NCBI RefSeq assembly: GCF_028292945.1
Contig: NZ_JAQGLJ010000022.1
Span: forward strand, 14,436-78,435
Origin: Sphingomonas bacterium
GTDB lineage: Bacteria; Pseudomonadota; Alphaproteobacteria; Sphingomonadales; Sphingomonadaceae
DNA: 64,000 nt
Direction: 5' to 3'
Part shown: in pieces, positions 25,809 through 34,504 of the stretch
Numbering within the stretch: position 1 is the stretch's first letter
How the letters are laid out: each line of letters starts with the position of its first letter
Notes under the pieces: model-generated
Databases searched by the model: none
The model's input: the letters and a program-made list of their open reading frames with translations, nothing else
Told to the model about the DNA's origin: nothing
Translations under genes and position numbers: made by a program

Positions 25809-26529
25809 TGGCCCAGCCAAGGGCGCCGTGCTTCTTGACCTCGGGCGCCGGCCGATCACGCGCTTTGGCGCTGGTCGGCATTGGCACGCCGGTCGCGCCG
25901 CTGGGGACCTTAGAGCGAGCGGCAGCGCCGGCAGTCGCTTCGTTGATGTCGTCCTTCATGTTCATTCTCCAGTGTCGTTGATCGCGGAGTGACTCAGCGG
26001 CCGCCGCTCAGTTCCAGGTGACGACGCGGCGGCCGATCGCGTCGAGCGCCTCGCCGGCCGCCTCGGGCGCTACGCCAGCGCTCGGCGAGCACGGCGGCGG
26101 CGCGGGTGTCCGACCAGGCGCGACGCGGTCGGGATGGAAGCCGCTGGCGACGTCGTGCCAGTGGCGGAAGCCCATGCCCCGGGCGGTTCCCTGGAAGCTG
26201 TCGCTCATCCGGACGCGGTGGCCCATCTGAGCTGCTGCCGGTTCCGTGGACACCGAAATAAGGTGTTTTTGGAACCGGAGGATGGAGATGCAACGACGGC
26301 GAGGCTGGGGCGTGGCTTGTTTGACTATGAACGACGCGGCGGACTTCCTCGAAACCGTGCGACTTATCGCTCCGGATGCGGCGGCTCGACCAAGGAAGAG
26401 AGGCGGGCGCCTGGCTGGGTGAACTGCCGCAATATAACCTTGAGGGATAAGGACGGCGTATCTTCGACTTTGACGGAGGCCTTCCCCGCTCGTCAGGAAC
26501 GGGACGAATAAAGACATTCTTGGGGATAG

Positions 26530-29454
26530 ATGATGAAGCTATATGGGGCCAAGCGCCGCAGCTCGCGCGGAGCGCTGTGCTGTGCGGCAAGCCTAGCAAC
26601 CATCGCCCTGACCTTCGCAACCGGCGCCTCCGCGCAAGCGGTTGCGGAGCAGACGTCCCCTCCGACAGCACCTGCTTTCGAGGTCACTGCGGCGGAACAG
26701 AACACGCAGGAGCAGAAGGCCGAACCGGCGGAGACCCAAGGCGCGGTCGACGTCGTGGTGACGGGTACCCGAGTAGTGCGCGACGGCTTCAAGGCGCCGA
26801 CGCCGACATCGGTCATCGGTGCCGCGGAGATCGCAGCGCGGGCTCCCGGGAACATCGCCGACTTCATCAATGTGCTTCCCTCGCTTGCAGGCAGTGCAAC
26901 GCCTCGATCGACCGGCTCGTTCGTCGGCGGAGGCCTCATCGGCATCAACGCGCTCAACCTGCGCAGCCTGAACCCGAGCCGGACGCTGGTCCTGCTTGAC
27001 GGTCAGCGGGTGGGCGCGTCGTCCCTCACCGGCCTCGTCGACGTCAACCAGTTCCCCCAGCAGCTCGTGAGCCGCGTCGACGTGGTCACCGGCGGTGCTT
27101 CTGCCAGCTGGGGCTCGGACGCGGTCGCTGGCGTGGTCAACTTCGTGCTCGACCGCAACTTTACCGGCGTGAAGGGGCAGGTCCAGGGCGGCGTCACCAC
27201 CTACGGGGACAATCGGAACTGGAACGTCCAGCTGTCCGCGGGAACCAAGTTTGCCGATGGCCGGGGTCATATCGTCGTCAGCGGCGAGCTCGCCCAAGAC
27301 GACGGTACCGAAGGGCTGGGTGATCGCACGTGGTACAATGGCCGCAAGATCATCCTGAACCCAGCCTACAGCGCGACGAACGGACAGCCGCAGCTGCTGG
27401 TTCGCGACAATGTCGGCGTAGCCCTCGCGACGCCGGGCGGCATCATCCTGTCCGGTCCTCTTCGGGGAACATATTTCGGTCCTTCGGGGACGGCGGGCCA
27501 GTTCAACTTCGGATCGCTGACGAGCGGCAGCTTTCACGTCGGGGGGGATTGGCGGTATTCAGACTTCGGCACCGCGATCAACATCGCACCGGAGCTAGGG
27601 CGACAGAACATCTTCGGCCGGATCAGCTACGAGCTTACCGATGACATCGAGGTGTTTGCGCAGGCCTCCTACGGTCGATCCACCGCGACTCAGATAGCCA
27701 CCGTCTACACCAAACTCGGCACGCTCACGATCCAGCCGGACAACGCCTACATCCCCGCGAGCGTCGCGCCGCGGGTCACGGCGCCCTTCACGTACGGCAC
27801 ATATAATGCCGATCTCGGCCGGGTCCCGGTGTACAACAAGCGGACTTCGCGCCGGTACGTGGTGGGCGCGAGCGGCAAGTTCGATGGTCTCGGGTCGCCG
27901 TGGACGTGGGACGTCTACGCCCAGCGCAGCGACAACCATGTCTACAATTCGGTCCGCACGATCGCCACTGCGCGATACACCGAGGCCATCGACGCTGTGC
28001 GCAACCCGGCCGGGCAGATCGTATGCCGGTCCACGCTCATTAACCCTGCCAATGGCTGCTCGCCCTTCAATGTGTTCGGAACCGGTGTCGTGAGCCCCGC
28101 TGCGGCAAACTACGTAACGGGTCTCTCGGAAGGCAATAACAGGCTCACCCAGGACGTAGTTGCAGCCACCCTGCGCGGCGAACCCTTCTCAACATGGGCT
28201 GGTCCAGTCTCTATCGCGACGGGCGTCGAGCATCGCCGTGAGAAGGTGAGCGGCAGCAACGATCCCCTTTCGTCGACCCGGGGCTGGGATCAGGGCAACT
28301 ACCAGGCGAGCTTCGGATCGCTCAGCGTGACCGAGGGCTTCCTCGAAACCGTCGTGCCCCTGGCGAAGGACTCGCCCTTCGCGCAGAGCCTCGATCTGAA
28401 CGCAGCCGTGCGCGCCACTGACTACAGCACCTCTGGTTACGTGACGACGTGGAAGGTCGGCCTCACCTATGCACCGGTGGACGACGTATCGTTCCGCGTC
28501 ACCCGTTCACGCGACATCCGAGCACCGAACCTCGCCGAGCTGTTCCAGACCGGCGTCGGTGGCCGGTCAACCGCGCCGGACCCGTTCAGGGCCAACGCGA
28601 GCACCAGTTTCCTGACGAGTCAAAATGGCAACCCGGCACTCACGCCTGAGAAGGCGGACACGTTCGGTGTGGGCGTCGTCCTGAAGCCTCGCTTCCTGCC
28701 GGGCTTTGGCGCCTCGATCGACTACTATCGGATCAAGATCGACGACTCGATCACCACGATCGCGCCGGTGACGTTGCTCAACCAGTGCTTTGCCGGAAAC
28801 ACTGCGCTCTGCTCGGGTATCACCCGCAACGCTGGCGGTGTGATCACGCTCATCACCTCCACCCCGATCAACTTCGCCAAGCAGATCTCCAAGGGAATCG
28901 ATTTCGAGGCCAGCTATCGCAGTGGGCTCTTCGGCGGGAACCTGTCGATCCGCGCGCTCGCCACACGCTACCTCAAAAACTACCAAGACAACGGCATCAA
29001 CCTGCCGACTGACAATGTCGGGAAGAACAGCGCGGACGTGTCGCTTGCGGCGGCAAGCGGCTCGGGGTCGACCTCGCTGCCGAAATGGCGCTACTTCGCC
29101 AGTGTGGGCTGGGATCGTGACTCGTTCGGTGCGGTGTTCTCGGCGCGTGGTTTTAGCGACGGTTTCTACAATCCTGCCTTCGTCGAGTGCACCACGGGTT
29201 GTCCCACTTCGACGACGGACAACCAGACGATCGACAACAATAGCATCCCAGGCGCGATCTACTTCGACGCCAATGTGACCCTGAAGATAACGCCCAAGGT
29301 GGAATCCTTCCTGGTCGTCGATAACCTCCTGAACACCGATCCAGTGCAGATCGGCATTGGGCCGTCGGTTGGCGGCGCCCCACTCTCTGTAAACCAGTCG
29401 CTCTACGACACGCTTGGCCGGGTGTTCCGCGTCGGCTTGCGGTTCAAGCTCTAA
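26530..29454 (+). CDS. large TonB-dependent outer-membrane receptor
   Basis: 974 aa. Signal peptide ending ASAQA, plug region (VVVTGTRVVRDGFKAPTPTSVIG), long beta-barrel, and C-terminus ...RVGLRFKL. Confidence 0.9.
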   Translation: MMKLYGAKRRSSRGALCCAASLATIALTFATGASAQAVAEQTSPPTAPAFEVTAAEQNTQEQKAEPAETQGAVDVVVTGTRVVRDGFKAPTPTSVIGAAEIAARAPGNIADFINVLPSLAGSATPRSTGSFVGGGLIGINALNLRSLNPSRTLVLLDGQRVGASSLTGLVDVNQFPQQLVSRVDVVTGGASASWGSDAVAGVVNFVLDRNFTGVKGQVQGGVTTYGDNRNWNVQLSAGTKFADGRGHIVVSGELAQDDGTEGLGDRTWYNGRKIILNPAYSATNGQPQLLVRDNVGVALATPGGIILSGPLRGTYFGPSGTAGQFNFGSLTSGSFHVGGDWRYSDFGTAINIAPELGRQNIFGRISYELTDDIEVFAQASYGRSTATQIATVYTKLGTLTIQPDNAYIPASVAPRVTAPFTYGTYNADLGRVPVYNKRTSRRYVVGASGKFDGLGSPWTWDVYAQRSDNHVYNSVRTIATARYTEAIDAVRNPAGQIVCRSTLINPANGCSPFNVFGTGVVSPAAANYVTGLSEGNNRLTQDVVAATLRGEPFSTWAGPVSIATGVEHRREKVSGSNDPLSSTRGWDQGNYQASFGSLSVTEGFLETVVPLAKDSPFAQSLDLNAAVRATDYSTSGYVTTWKVGLTYAPVDDVSFRVTRSRDIRAPNLAELFQTGVGGRSTAPDPFRANASTSFLTSQNGNPALTPEKADTFGVGVVLKPRFLPGFGASIDYYRIKIDDSITTIAPVTLLNQCFAGNTALCSGITRNAGGVITLITSTPINFAKQISKGIDFEASYRSGLFGGNLSIRALATRYLKNYQDNGINLPTDNVGKNSADVSLAAASGSGSTSLPKWRYFASVGWDRDSFGAVFSARGFSDGFYNPAFVECTTGCPTSTTDNQTIDNNSIPGAIYFDANVTLKITPKVESFLVVDNLLNTDPVQIGIGPSVGGAPLSVNQSLYDTLGRVFRVGLRFKL

Positions 29455-29521
29455 GCGCGCTCGCCTGGATGCGTCGTTGCGACCCGTAAGTGATACGGGT
29501 CGCGGCAGCGCCAGACCACAC

Positions 29522-29568
29522 AGAACGACCATGCGACCGCATAGCCGGCAGCATGGTCGTTCTTCTTT
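29522..29568 (+). terminator. intrinsic-terminator-like hairpin downstream of the large TonB-dependent receptor
   Basis: Perfect 13-bp stem AGAACGACCATGC(29522-29534)/GCATGGTCGTTCT(29551-29563) followed by TCTTT. A second perfect 10-bp hairpin, GCGACCCGTA/TACGGGTCGC, lies at 29479-29503. Confidence 0.5.
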
Positions 29569-29746
29569 GGCCTACCTAGTCTTCCTGGCCCTCAGAGCCA
29601 CTTCCTGGTTGCCCCCTCCTTCACCTGCGACCGCGCTATTCGGAGAGGGTGGTGGCCATCCAGATCGCCGCTCACGGCGCTCACGCGTCGGGCCGCAGGC
29701 ATGTCTCTACGCCGTTGGCATCGGAGGAGGTCCTCGGTTCCCGAGC

Positions 29747-30664
29747 CTAGCGCCGATTGAGAATGGCGTCCGATACGGACCCCGCGGTCGCGCGGATCTC
29801 CGCCGCGAACGCCTCCGCGATCTTCGCATTCCTGCCCTCTGAGCTGCGGCACAGCTGGAACTTGTACATCACACTTGGCTCGAACGGTTTCACCGCAAGC
29901 CTGGCCTCGAACCCACTGATCATGAGCGGGTGCACCAGCGATACTCCGAAGCCGGCGGCGACGAACTCGCACACGGACAGCGCGGCGGTCGCGGAGACCA
30001 CGATACGCGGAGCGATCCCGTGATTACGGAACGTGCTCGAGACCATGTCGCCGACCGAATTGTCAGGCTCGAACGCCACGAACGCCGATTGGTCGAGGTC
30101 GTCGGGAGTGATGCACGAACGGGCGGCGAGCGGGTGCTCCGGCGGAAGAATGCATACCAGTGGCAGCTCCATCAAAGGTTCAAGCCTGACGTGAGGGACA
30201 CTACTCTGACCGTTGACCAGGCCCACATCCAGCTTCCGGGCGGCCACCCGTTCCGCAACCCAATGCGAACTCATCGCATGGACGGCGCAGAACACGTCAC
30301 CGTGCTTCTCGACGAAGTTGCTCGCGACCCGCTGGATGAATGCCCCGGATAGTGCTGGCAGGACACCCACCGCGATGCGGCTGAGCGTCTCGCGGTGGAG
30401 CGCATCGACCGCGCTTTCGACCTGGCGAACGCCAGCGAATATTCGTTCCACCTCGTCATGTAGGCGCAGCGCGTGCTCGGTGGGGACGAGGCGCTTCTTG
30501 ACCCGATCGAATAACCGCAGTCCGGTATCCGCCTCGAGGTGAGCGATGAGCTTGCTCATGGCCGGCTGCGAGATGTGGAGGACCTCTGCGCCTCTGCTGA
30601 CCGTCCCAGTGTCGATCACCGCCTTGAAGGCCTCGATCTGGCGCAGGTTGATGTGACGGCGCAT
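29747..30664 (-). CDS. LysR family transcriptional regulator
   Basis: 305 aa. The N-terminal HTH reads MRRHINLRQIEAFKAVIDTGTVSRGAEVLHISQPAMSKLIAHLE, followed by a LysR substrate-binding domain. GGGAGG lies 6 nt upstream of the ATG. The gene is divergent from the MFS-hyu operon. Confidence 0.9.
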   Translation of the reverse strand: MRRHINLRQIEAFKAVIDTGTVSRGAEVLHISQPAMSKLIAHLEADTGLRLFDRVKKRLVPTEHALRLHDEVERIFAGVRQVESAVDALHRETLSRIAVGVLPALSGAFIQRVASNFVEKHGDVFCAVHAMSSHWVAERVAARKLDVGLVNGQSSVPHVRLEPLMELPLVCILPPEHPLAARSCITPDDLDQSAFVAFEPDNSVGDMVSSTFRNHGIAPRIVVSATAALSVCEFVAAGFGVSLVHPLMISGFEARLAVKPFEPSVMYKFQLCRSSEGRNAKIAEAFAAEIRATAGSVSDAILNRR

Positions 30665-30974
30665 TCATAACCTCCCAGAATGTCTTTGGCCGCATGAACT
30701 TTGGCATCATCGCAGGACCGACGCAAGTTTCCCGCAAAAACGGGCTTGCTACCGGAAGGGTTGATAACTCCCGAGAATGCTACACCTTCGTTTTCTTATT
30801 GGATGATGCCACCCGTAGGGCGTAGCGTTTCAGATCAGCTTCGCCGAGGAAGCGCGAACGCGGAGCGTAAAAGATGTCGGCCTTATCCACTGAAAAGCGC
30901 CTTCCACGTCGTGAAGCCGGCGATCACCAGTCGCGAAACCATCACGGCGCTGTGCCGTCAGCAGGTGCGAAAAT

Positions 30975-32315
30975 ATGAACCATCCACAGATGGCGGAAAA
31001 CCGTCGGGAGCCACAGGTCAGTCCCGAGGCTTGGTGGACGCTTGCCGTGCTGTGCCTGTTCTATGTCCTTTCCTACCTCGACAGATACCTGCTGACGATG
31101 CTGGTCGACCCGATCCAGAAAGATCTCGGCATCGGTGACTTCGAGATGGGGCTCGTTCTTGGACCCGCCTTCGGAATCGCATTGGGCGTCGCCGCCCTGC
31201 CATTCGGCTGGATGGTCGACAGGTCGCCTCGTCGCAAGGTCCTCTTCTTCGGCGTGGCCTTTTGGTCGTTCGCGACCGCCGCCACGGGGTTCGCTCGGTC
31301 GACGCTGGGCTTGGGGCTCGCGCGCCTTGGTGTGGGTGCCGGAGAAGCGGCCCTCGGTCCCGCCGCCGCCTCTCTGCTGGCCGACAAGTTCCCGCGCCGC
31401 CGCCTCACCACGGCGCTCGCGATATTCCAGGCAAGCAATAAGCTAGGGTCCGCGACGGCGTTCGGGGTCGGCGGGCTGCTGATCGGCATGCTCGGTGGCG
31501 CAGCGTTGAGCATCCCGCTCATCGGGAGCGTGCGCCCTTGGCAGATCGCGTTCTTCTGCGTGGGTACTCCCGGCATCCTCGCCGCCTTCCTAGTCTACAC
31601 ATTCTCCGAGCCGGTCCGACGCGGCCGCAAGAGCACCGAGCCGCCCAGGCCGGGCGCGCTGCTCGCATTCCTGAAAGAGCACCGCACCCTGATGCTACTT
31701 ATCTATGGCGGATTCACGCTCATAGCGTTGTGCGGATACTCTTTGGTCGCATGGGTGCCTACGTTCGTCTCGCGACGCTATGGGCTCGAACCGCAGGTGT
31801 ATGGCCCACTACTTAGCGTCGTCAGCATCGTTGCTGCGGGTGCGCTCGTTATCAAGGGCACCATCGTCGACTGGCTCTACGCGCGTGGTCACAAGGACGC
31901 CAACATACTGTTCTACTCGTGGATCGTATTCGGCTCGACGCCGCTGGCGGTCATCGCCTTCTTCGTGCCGGGACCTTGGATATTCTTCGGGATTTATGGG
32001 GTGCTGCTAGCGGTCTCGATCCCGTCGATGCTCTACCTCGCCGCGAGCCTCGCGACGCTCGCGCCCAATGAACTTCGGGGTCAGCTTACCGCCCTTGCCT
32101 ACGCGCTACACGGAATTCTTGGCCTGGGACTCGGGCCCACGATCGTGGGCGCAATCACCGACTTTGGCTTTCAGGACCCGAACAAGATCGGTTGGTCCCT
32201 GGCACTTGTGTGCGGAGTCGGCATGCCCGCCGGGGCGATCCTCCTGAGGTTCGCAATGAAGCCGATGCGCATTGCCGTCGGTGAGGTCGAGGCGATTGAG
32301 CAAGCTCGCGGCTGA
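30975..32315 (+). CDS. MFS transporter
   Basis: 446 aa with about 12 predicted TM segments and an MFS motif region (GWMVDRSPRRKVLF). The start is uncertain; an in-frame ATG lies 5 codons downstream. Confidence 0.85.
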   Translation: MNHPQMAENRREPQVSPEAWWTLAVLCLFYVLSYLDRYLLTMLVDPIQKDLGIGDFEMGLVLGPAFGIALGVAALPFGWMVDRSPRRKVLFFGVAFWSFATAATGFARSTLGLGLARLGVGAGEAALGPAAASLLADKFPRRRLTTALAIFQASNKLGSATAFGVGGLLIGMLGGAALSIPLIGSVRPWQIAFFCVGTPGILAAFLVYTFSEPVRRGRKSTEPPRPGALLAFLKEHRTLMLLIYGGFTLIALCGYSLVAWVPTFVSRRYGLEPQVYGPLLSVVSIVAAGALVIKGTIVDWLYARGHKDANILFYSWIVFGSTPLAVIAFFVPGPWIFFGIYGVLLAVSIPSMLYLAASLATLAPNELRGQLTALAYALHGILGLGLGPTIVGAITDFGFQDPNKIGWSLALVCGVGMPAGAILLRFAMKPMRIAVGEVEAIEQARG

Positions 32316-32453
32316 AGCGCGGTGGAACATAACCTCTGGTGATGATGTGCCGGGGTATTGGCCTTTGATTCCGATACTCGTTGGGAACATCTTTCTCGAA
32401 GAAGAAGAAGACGCCTCCACCGCTGTGGACGTTCTCAACCGCGTGGAGAAAGC

Positions 32454-34493
32454 ATGTATCGGATCGGTATCGACGTGGGTGGCACGTTCACTGACTTTGT
32501 GATGCTCAACGCCGAAGATGGGCACGTCGCCTACTATAAGCGGTCGTCATCTCCACATGACCCGTCCGAGGCGATCGCGCTCGGGCTCGCGGAGTTTCTG
32601 GAGGTGGAGAACGTCAGCGCCGGCTCGATAGGTTTCCTGGGCCATGGGACCACTGTCGCCACGAATATGATCATCGAACGACGGGGCGTATCCACCGGCC
32701 TGCTGACGACCAAGGGGTTTCGCGACGTTCTGGCAATCGGCAGACAGTCACGTCCAGGCCTGTACGACTACCGTGTGCGCAAGCCCGACCCGCTGGTGCC
32801 GCGCCGAAACCGTTTGGAGGTCGACGAGAGGCTTGCCGCAGACGGTTCTGTGCTCTCGCCTCTCGACGAGGCCGACGTCGCCGAGCAGGCCAGGAAGCTC
32901 AAGGAGGCCGGCGTCGAGTCGATCGCAATCTGCTTCCTGCACTCGTATCGAAACGCCGCCCATGAACGGGCCGCGCGCCGGGTCGTCGAAAAGGTGTTCC
33001 CCGAGGCCTATGTCAGCATCTCGTCGCAGGTGCTCCCGGAGTTCCGGGAGTATGAACGGACATCCACGACGGTGCTGAATGCTTATATCGGGCCGAAGAT
33101 GCGCGGCTACACGCGCCAGCTTCGTAGCCGGCTCGAGGAGCTCAAAGTCCCAGTCCAGCCGATGACGATCCATTCGAACGGTGGTCTGCTCTCGCTGGAT
33201 ACCGTCGAGGAACTGCCCGTCCTCACCTGCCTGTCGGGACCTGCCGCCGGCGTGGTCGGCGCGGCCGCGCTCGGGTTGGTTTCCGGGATCCCGAACCTGA
33301 TCACCTTCGATGTCGGGGGCACCAGCACCGACGTCTCGCTCATTGCCGACGGGAAGCCCAGTTACACGTCCAAGCGCGAGATCACGCACTTGCCGCTGAA
33401 GATGCCGATGATCGACATCCACGTCATCGGTGCCGGCGGCGGAAGCATCGCATGGATCGATCATGCAGGGGCGCTCAAGGTCGGCCCCCAGAGCGCCGGT
33501 GCCTATCCGGGCCCGGTCGCCTATGGCCACGGCGGCACCCAACCGACACTCACCGATGCCCAGATCGTCCTCCAGCGCCTAAATCCCGTGGCTATCCTGA
33601 ACGGCCGAATGGCAGTCGACAGGGAGGGCGCCTGGGCAGTCATCAAGGAGAAGATCGCCGACCCGCTCGGGATGTCGGTCGAGGACGCGGCATTCGGCAT
33701 GGTGAGGATCGCGATCGCGAACATGAGCCGCGCGATCCGCTCGATCTCCATCGAGCACGGGCACGATCTGGCGGACTTCACCCTCGCATCGTTCGGCGGC
33801 GCGGGGCCGCTGCACTCGTCCGATGCCGCGATCGAATGCGGCATCAAGCAGATCCTCGTTCCTCAGGAGCCCGGCACGATGTGCGCCCGCGGCATCCTGC
33901 TGTCAGACATCAGCCGGGATTTCGTCCGCACCGAGATGACGCTGGCCAACCCGACCGGTTGGGGACGCCTCCGGTCCCTGTTCGCCGAGATGGTGGCCGA
34001 GGGAGACGCATGGCTCACGCGAGAGAACGTCGAGCGGCCGCTGCGGAGTTTCGATTGCGTGGTCGAGGCCCGCTACAAGGGACAGAATCACGAGATCCGA
34101 ATTCCGATGCCCTCGGAAGATTCCGGTGATCTCGATGAATTGCTGGCGACCTATCGAGACGCCTATCGCGCCGAGTACGGCAACGTGATCTCCACGCGGC
34201 CGGTCGAGGTCGTCAACTGCCGCGTGCGGGCCTCCGGAGCCGTCCCCAAGGCCGACCTTGCGCCGGTGCGGCAGGAGGGGGAGCTCGACGACGCCCTGAT
34301 CGAAAGACGCCAGGTCTATTTTGGTCCAGACGTGGGATGGCGAGAGGCGCGCGTGTTCGCACGCGCCAAGCTGCCGGGCGACGAACGCATCGAAGGCCCC
34401 GCCATTGTCGAGGAGATGAGTTCCACGACCGTGATCCTCCCGTCCCAGACCTTTCATGTCGATGCCATCGGCAACATGATCATAGCCTGCTGA
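32454..34493 (+). CDS. hydantoinase/oxoprolinase family protein, A (HyuA-like) subunit
   Basis: 679 aa from MYRIGIDVGGTFTDFVML..., with ITFDVGGTSTDV further in. This is the typical N-methylhydantoinase A/5-oxoprolinase/acetone-carboxylase beta family. GGAGA lies 4 nt upstream of the ATG. Confidence 0.9.
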   Translation: MYRIGIDVGGTFTDFVMLNAEDGHVAYYKRSSSPHDPSEAIALGLAEFLEVENVSAGSIGFLGHGTTVATNMIIERRGVSTGLLTTKGFRDVLAIGRQSRPGLYDYRVRKPDPLVPRRNRLEVDERLAADGSVLSPLDEADVAEQARKLKEAGVESIAICFLHSYRNAAHERAARRVVEKVFPEAYVSISSQVLPEFREYERTSTTVLNAYIGPKMRGYTRQLRSRLEELKVPVQPMTIHSNGGLLSLDTVEELPVLTCLSGPAAGVVGAAALGLVSGIPNLITFDVGGTSTDVSLIADGKPSYTSKREITHLPLKMPMIDIHVIGAGGGSIAWIDHAGALKVGPQSAGAYPGPVAYGHGGTQPTLTDAQIVLQRLNPVAILNGRMAVDREGAWAVIKEKIADPLGMSVEDAAFGMVRIAIANMSRAIRSISIEHGHDLADFTLASFGGAGPLHSSDAAIECGIKQILVPQEPGTMCARGILLSDISRDFVRTEMTLANPTGWGRLRSLFAEMVAEGDAWLTRENVERPLRSFDCVVEARYKGQNHEIRIPMPSEDSGDLDELLATYRDAYRAEYGNVISTRPVEVVNCRVRASGAVPKADLAPVRQEGELDDALIERRQVYFGPDVGWREARVFARAKLPGDERIEGPAIVEEMSSTTVILPSQTFHVDAIGNMIIAC

Positions 34494-34504
34494 GGAGCCT
34501 GAAC

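Noticed and set aside
26209-26529. Possible riboswitch (cobalamin or TPP) in the long leader of the 974-aa TonB-dependent receptor.
   Set aside because: I could not find a B12-box-like core or the TPP CUGAGA/ACCUGA elements by eye. This remains untested without a covariance-model scan.
32398-32409. (GAA)4 microsatellite just upstream of hyuA.
   Set aside because: It is very short, lies in the MFS-hyuA spacer, and shows no sign of phase-variable placement relative to a start codon or promoter.
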